The notes under the pieces: generated by a model
Databases searched by the model: none
What the model was told of the DNA's origin: nothing
What the model saw: only the letters and a program-made list of their open reading frames with translations
From: Felis catus
Taxonomy: Eukaryota
Reading direction: 5' to 3'
Assembly (NCBI RefSeq): GCF_018350175.1
Contig: NC_058373.1
Location: forward strand, 101,186,001 to 101,250,000
DNA: 64,000 nt
In this document: in pieces, positions 60,807 through 64,000 of the stretch
How positions within the stretch are numbered: position 1 is the stretch's first letter
How the letters are laid out: every line of letters starts with the position of its first letter
Position numbers and translations under genes: made by a program

Positions 60807-62657
60807 AAGGGGGGGAACCAGGAAGGAACTCTAAATACAAGAGAGGGCTAGGAAGGAAGCTAGCTTTGAGGACAAATGTAAGGGTGCTAGTTCTTAGAGA
60901 TGTGTCTAAGCAAGGTACCTCCCGTGTTGGAAATCAAGCTCCTGGAGATATGATACCTGCCTATGTGCAGGCATTCATGTGAATGCCCTGGCAGGTGCCT
61001 ACGCAGGGAGTAACCAGCTTTACATTAAAGGCATCAACCAAGTGGCAGCTCACAAGCTTGTCAAAGGGGAGAAGACTGCTTCCCTCATCTTTGCAACGTC
61101 TCCAGGCATTGGGTTGTGGTGGCAAAAGTGAAACAGATGTCCGTTGTTTTTATTAACAACATTAATAAACATGTAAGTATGTATGCTTTTCAAAGTTAAG
61201 ATAACAAGTACAGGTTTAAAGAAAGACAGAAACAAATTTAAGTGATTTGGAACAATGTGTAGACATTATATAGAAAGAAAAGATTGGCGTGAAATAGATA
61301 AAACTGTGATTGCCAAAAGGTAGGTTGGACCACGGTATATTTTTCACACATTCTACTTTTTTGTCTTTTCCAAATATTCCACAATGAGCATATATTAACT
61401 TTTCTTTTATTTTTGTTTTGAAAGTTATTTTTTATTGAAGAAACATTAAAGGTACCTATGAAAAAGAAAAATTGAAATTATGCTATGTCCTACCACTGAA
61501 GAGATAATTTTTTAAGCTATTGTATATATTTTTACAGACTAATATTTCTTACTCTTTTTATTTGTAAATGATAAAGTTCCCTCTCTGTTGATGTCAGTTC
61601 TTTGAGTTTTGACAAACACCATCAACACAGTGAAGATACAGAAAAGTCTCATTACCCCCCGAATTCTCCCCTCCTGCTCCTTTGTTCAATCTTTCCCTCC
61701 ACCCTCAACCTCTGTCAATCACTGGTCTCTTTTGTTTCTATAATTTTGCCTTTTCCAGAATGTCATATAAATGGAACTACCTGGTATGTAGGCTTCTGAG
61801 TCAGTCACCTTTCACTAAGCATAATGCATTTATGTTTTTGCATGTATCATCCATTTGTCATTTTCATTGCTGAGTAGTAGTCCACTATATGGATATACCA
61901 CAGTTTATCTATCTACCAGCATTAACTTTTAGGTTAAAATGTCCATTAGGACATTTGGATTGTTTCCAGGTTTGGGTGAGTATGGATAAAGCAGTGATGA
62001 ACATTTGCGTGCACTTTTCATTTTTCTCAGGGGTTGCTAACTCATAGGGTAAATATACGTTTGACTTTGTAAGAGACTGCTAAACATTTTTTAGAGGGGC
62101 TGTGCCAATCTGCCTTTCCACCAACAATGTATGAGTTTCAGTGGATACACATCCTTGTGAGCATTTGGTATTGATGGCGGTGGGGTTTTTTGTTTTATTT
62201 TAGTTGTTCTAATACCTGTGAAATGATATCCTATTGTTCTAATTTGTATTTCTCTAGTAACAAAAGATGTTCACTACATTCTCATGTGCTTATTTGCCAT
62301 CTGACTTTCTTCTTTGGTGAAGTGTCTGCTCAAATCCTTTACCCATTTTCTTATTAGATTCTTGTATACTTACAACTGAGTATTAGAAGTTATTTACACA
62401 AGCAGGACACAAGTCTTTGGTCCCATATGTGTTTTATATATACTTTCCCCAGTGTGTGGCTCATCCTTTTACTTTATTAACAGTTTCAAAGATCAGAAGT
62501 TTAAAATAAAGTCTACTTTATCAGCATTTTTATTTTATGAGAGAGCTTTCAGTATGATATCTAAAAGATCTGTGCCTAATCCAAGGTCATAAAAATTTTC
62601 TTCTGTTTTATTCCAGAAGTTATATAGCTTTATATTTCACATTTAAATATACAATTT

Positions 62658-62780
62658 AGGGGTGCCTGGCTGGCTCAGTCAAAAGAGCATGTGACTCTTG
62701 ATCTCATGGCCATGAGTTTGAGCCCTATGCTGGGTGTAGAGATTACTTACATAAGTAACACTTTAAAAAATAAATGAATA
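62658..62780 (+). mobile_element. Short, old Can-SINE lacking the CT linker
   Basis: GGGGTGCCTGGCTGGCTCAGTC...GGGTGTAGAGATTACTT plus A-rich tail. Confidence 0.88.
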
Positions 62781-63043
62781 GGGGCGCCTGAGTGGCGCAG
62801 TCGGTTAAGCGTCCGACTTCAGCCAGGTCACGATCTCGCGGTCCGTGAGTTCGAGCCCCGCATCAGGCTCTGGGCTGATGGCTCAGAGCCTGGAGCCTGT
62901 TTCCGATTCTGTGTCTCCCTCTCTCTCTGCCCCTCCCCTGTTCATGCTTTGTCTCTCTCTGTCCCCAAAATAAATAAACGTTGAAAAAAAAATTTAAAAA
63001 AAAATAAATAAAATAAATAAATAAATAAAAAATAAATAAATAA
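62781..63043 (+). mobile_element. Young SINEC_Fc inserted in the tail of the preceding SINE
   Basis: Near-consensus body, long A-rich tail, AAATAAA(T/C)GAAT flanks. Confidence 0.97.
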
Positions 63044-63197
63044 AATAAACGAATCTACAATTTTTATATGATGTGTGAGGTATGGGTCGAGATTCATACT
63101 TTTCCATGGATGTCTAGTTGTTTCAGCATCATTCATTGAAAATATTATCCTTTCTCCATTGAATGGACTTTGCATCTTTGTCAAAAATCATTTGACA

Positions 63198-64000
63198 CCT
63201 TTGCAACAAGTGATGCTAGAGCAACTGAACACCATAGACAAAAAAAAAAAAAAAAAAGAACATTAACCTTATTCCTTATAAAATTTTAAATCAAAATGAA
63301 TCACAAACTAAAGTATAAAACCTAAAAACTATAAAATTTTATGAAAAAAACATAGGAAAAAAACCTTTGGGATTTGGGGGTAAACAAAAAGCTCTTAGAC
63401 TGGACAGCCAAACCTTAATTTTTGAAATGAAAAACTTGAACTTTATCAAAACATACCTTTGCTATGCAAAAGAGGATGAAAGATAATCCCACAGGTTGAG
63501 AGTACATATTTGTAAATCATGTACCTGAAAAAGGACTAGTATTCAGAATAAATAAAGAACTCTCAAAACAGCGATAAGAAGAAAAATCCCATTAGAAAAT
63601 AGACAACAGACATGAAGCGATATTTACCAAAGAGGAGATACAGATGGTAAATTAAGCACATGAAAACATGTTCAAAATAATTATCCATTAGGGAAATGCA
63701 CATTAAAACTGCAATGAGATATCACTACACCCCTATCAGAATGGCCAAAATAAAAAATAGTGGCACTACCAAATTCTGGTGAGGATGTAGAGAAACCAAA
63801 TTACTCAAACACTGCTGGTGAGAATGTAACTAGGACTAGAAAACAGTTTAGTAGTTTCTTTAAAAACTAAATATGCAATTATCATATCACCCAGTAATTA
63901 CACTTTTGGCATTTATCCCGGAGAAGTGGAAATTTATATTCACATAAAAACCTGCATTGGAGTGTTTATTTCAGCTTCATTTGTAATAGTCAAAACTGGA
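63198..64000 (+). mobile_element. Ancient L1M ORF2 3' region, continuing past the window end
   Basis: Degenerate ORF2 motifs: AAAACTATAAAA, GAGATACAGATGG, GGGAAATGCACATTAAAAC..CAATGAGATATCACTACAC. Confidence 0.9.

Larger units (their letters stand above)
61540..63196 (-). mobile_element. Ancient L1M (ORF2 3' part and 3' UTR), interrupted by two SINEs
   Basis: Antisense translation near 63196 gives QMIFDKDAKSIQWRKDNIFN, like L1 ORF2 QLIFDK.AK.IQW.KDSLFN; 3' UTR motif TTTTCCAGAATGTCATATAAATGGAA. Confidence 0.88.

Noticed and set aside
62781..62860. tRNA-like A/B box sequence (also at the other SINE heads)
   Set aside because: It is the tRNA-derived head of a SINE followed by a SINE body, not a tRNA gene
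63100..63300. Twin-priming L1 inversion
   Set aside because: Both arms cover the same ORF2 segment instead of adjacent non-overlapping segments
1..64000. CRISPR arrays, operons, defence systems, rRNA
   Set aside because: The DNA is mammalian; I saw no regularly spaced repeat-spacer array, no dense coding and no rRNA-like sequence

Overview
Mammalian nuclear DNA, almost certainly from a felid (cat family), based on the SINEC_Fc-type Can-SINEs and felid-type L1 3' ends. I could not recognise any host protein-coding gene, RNA gene, CpG island or prokaryotic system. Most of the supplied ORFs are read-throughs of SINE, L1 or low-complexity DNA, or chance ORFs. The window looks intronic or intergenic and is repeat-rich: 24 Can-SINEs, two young 5'-truncated L1s with exact target-site duplications (TSDs), older L1, L2 and MIR relics, ERVL/MaLR LTRs, and hAT transposons (a Zaphod-like element retaining both ends, plus MER20, MER33, MER102 and MER5). 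Best leads: (i) indirect signs of a minus-strand transcript, namely A-run skew, a candidate recursive splice site at 38709/38710, a 194-nt candidate exon at 40665-40858 and several microexon-like motifs; (ii) a perfect FXR-type IR-1 element near HNF-like motifs; (iii) a promoter-like module with tandem CCAAT boxes 32 bp apart; (iv) footprints of mutational mechanisms, including nested insertions, a fold-back templated insertion, identical heads in tandem SINEs and head-to-head L1s. Repeat subfamily names come from my recall of consensus sequences, not from a search, and boundaries without TSDs are approximate. The sequence alone does not demonstrate a new biological system.
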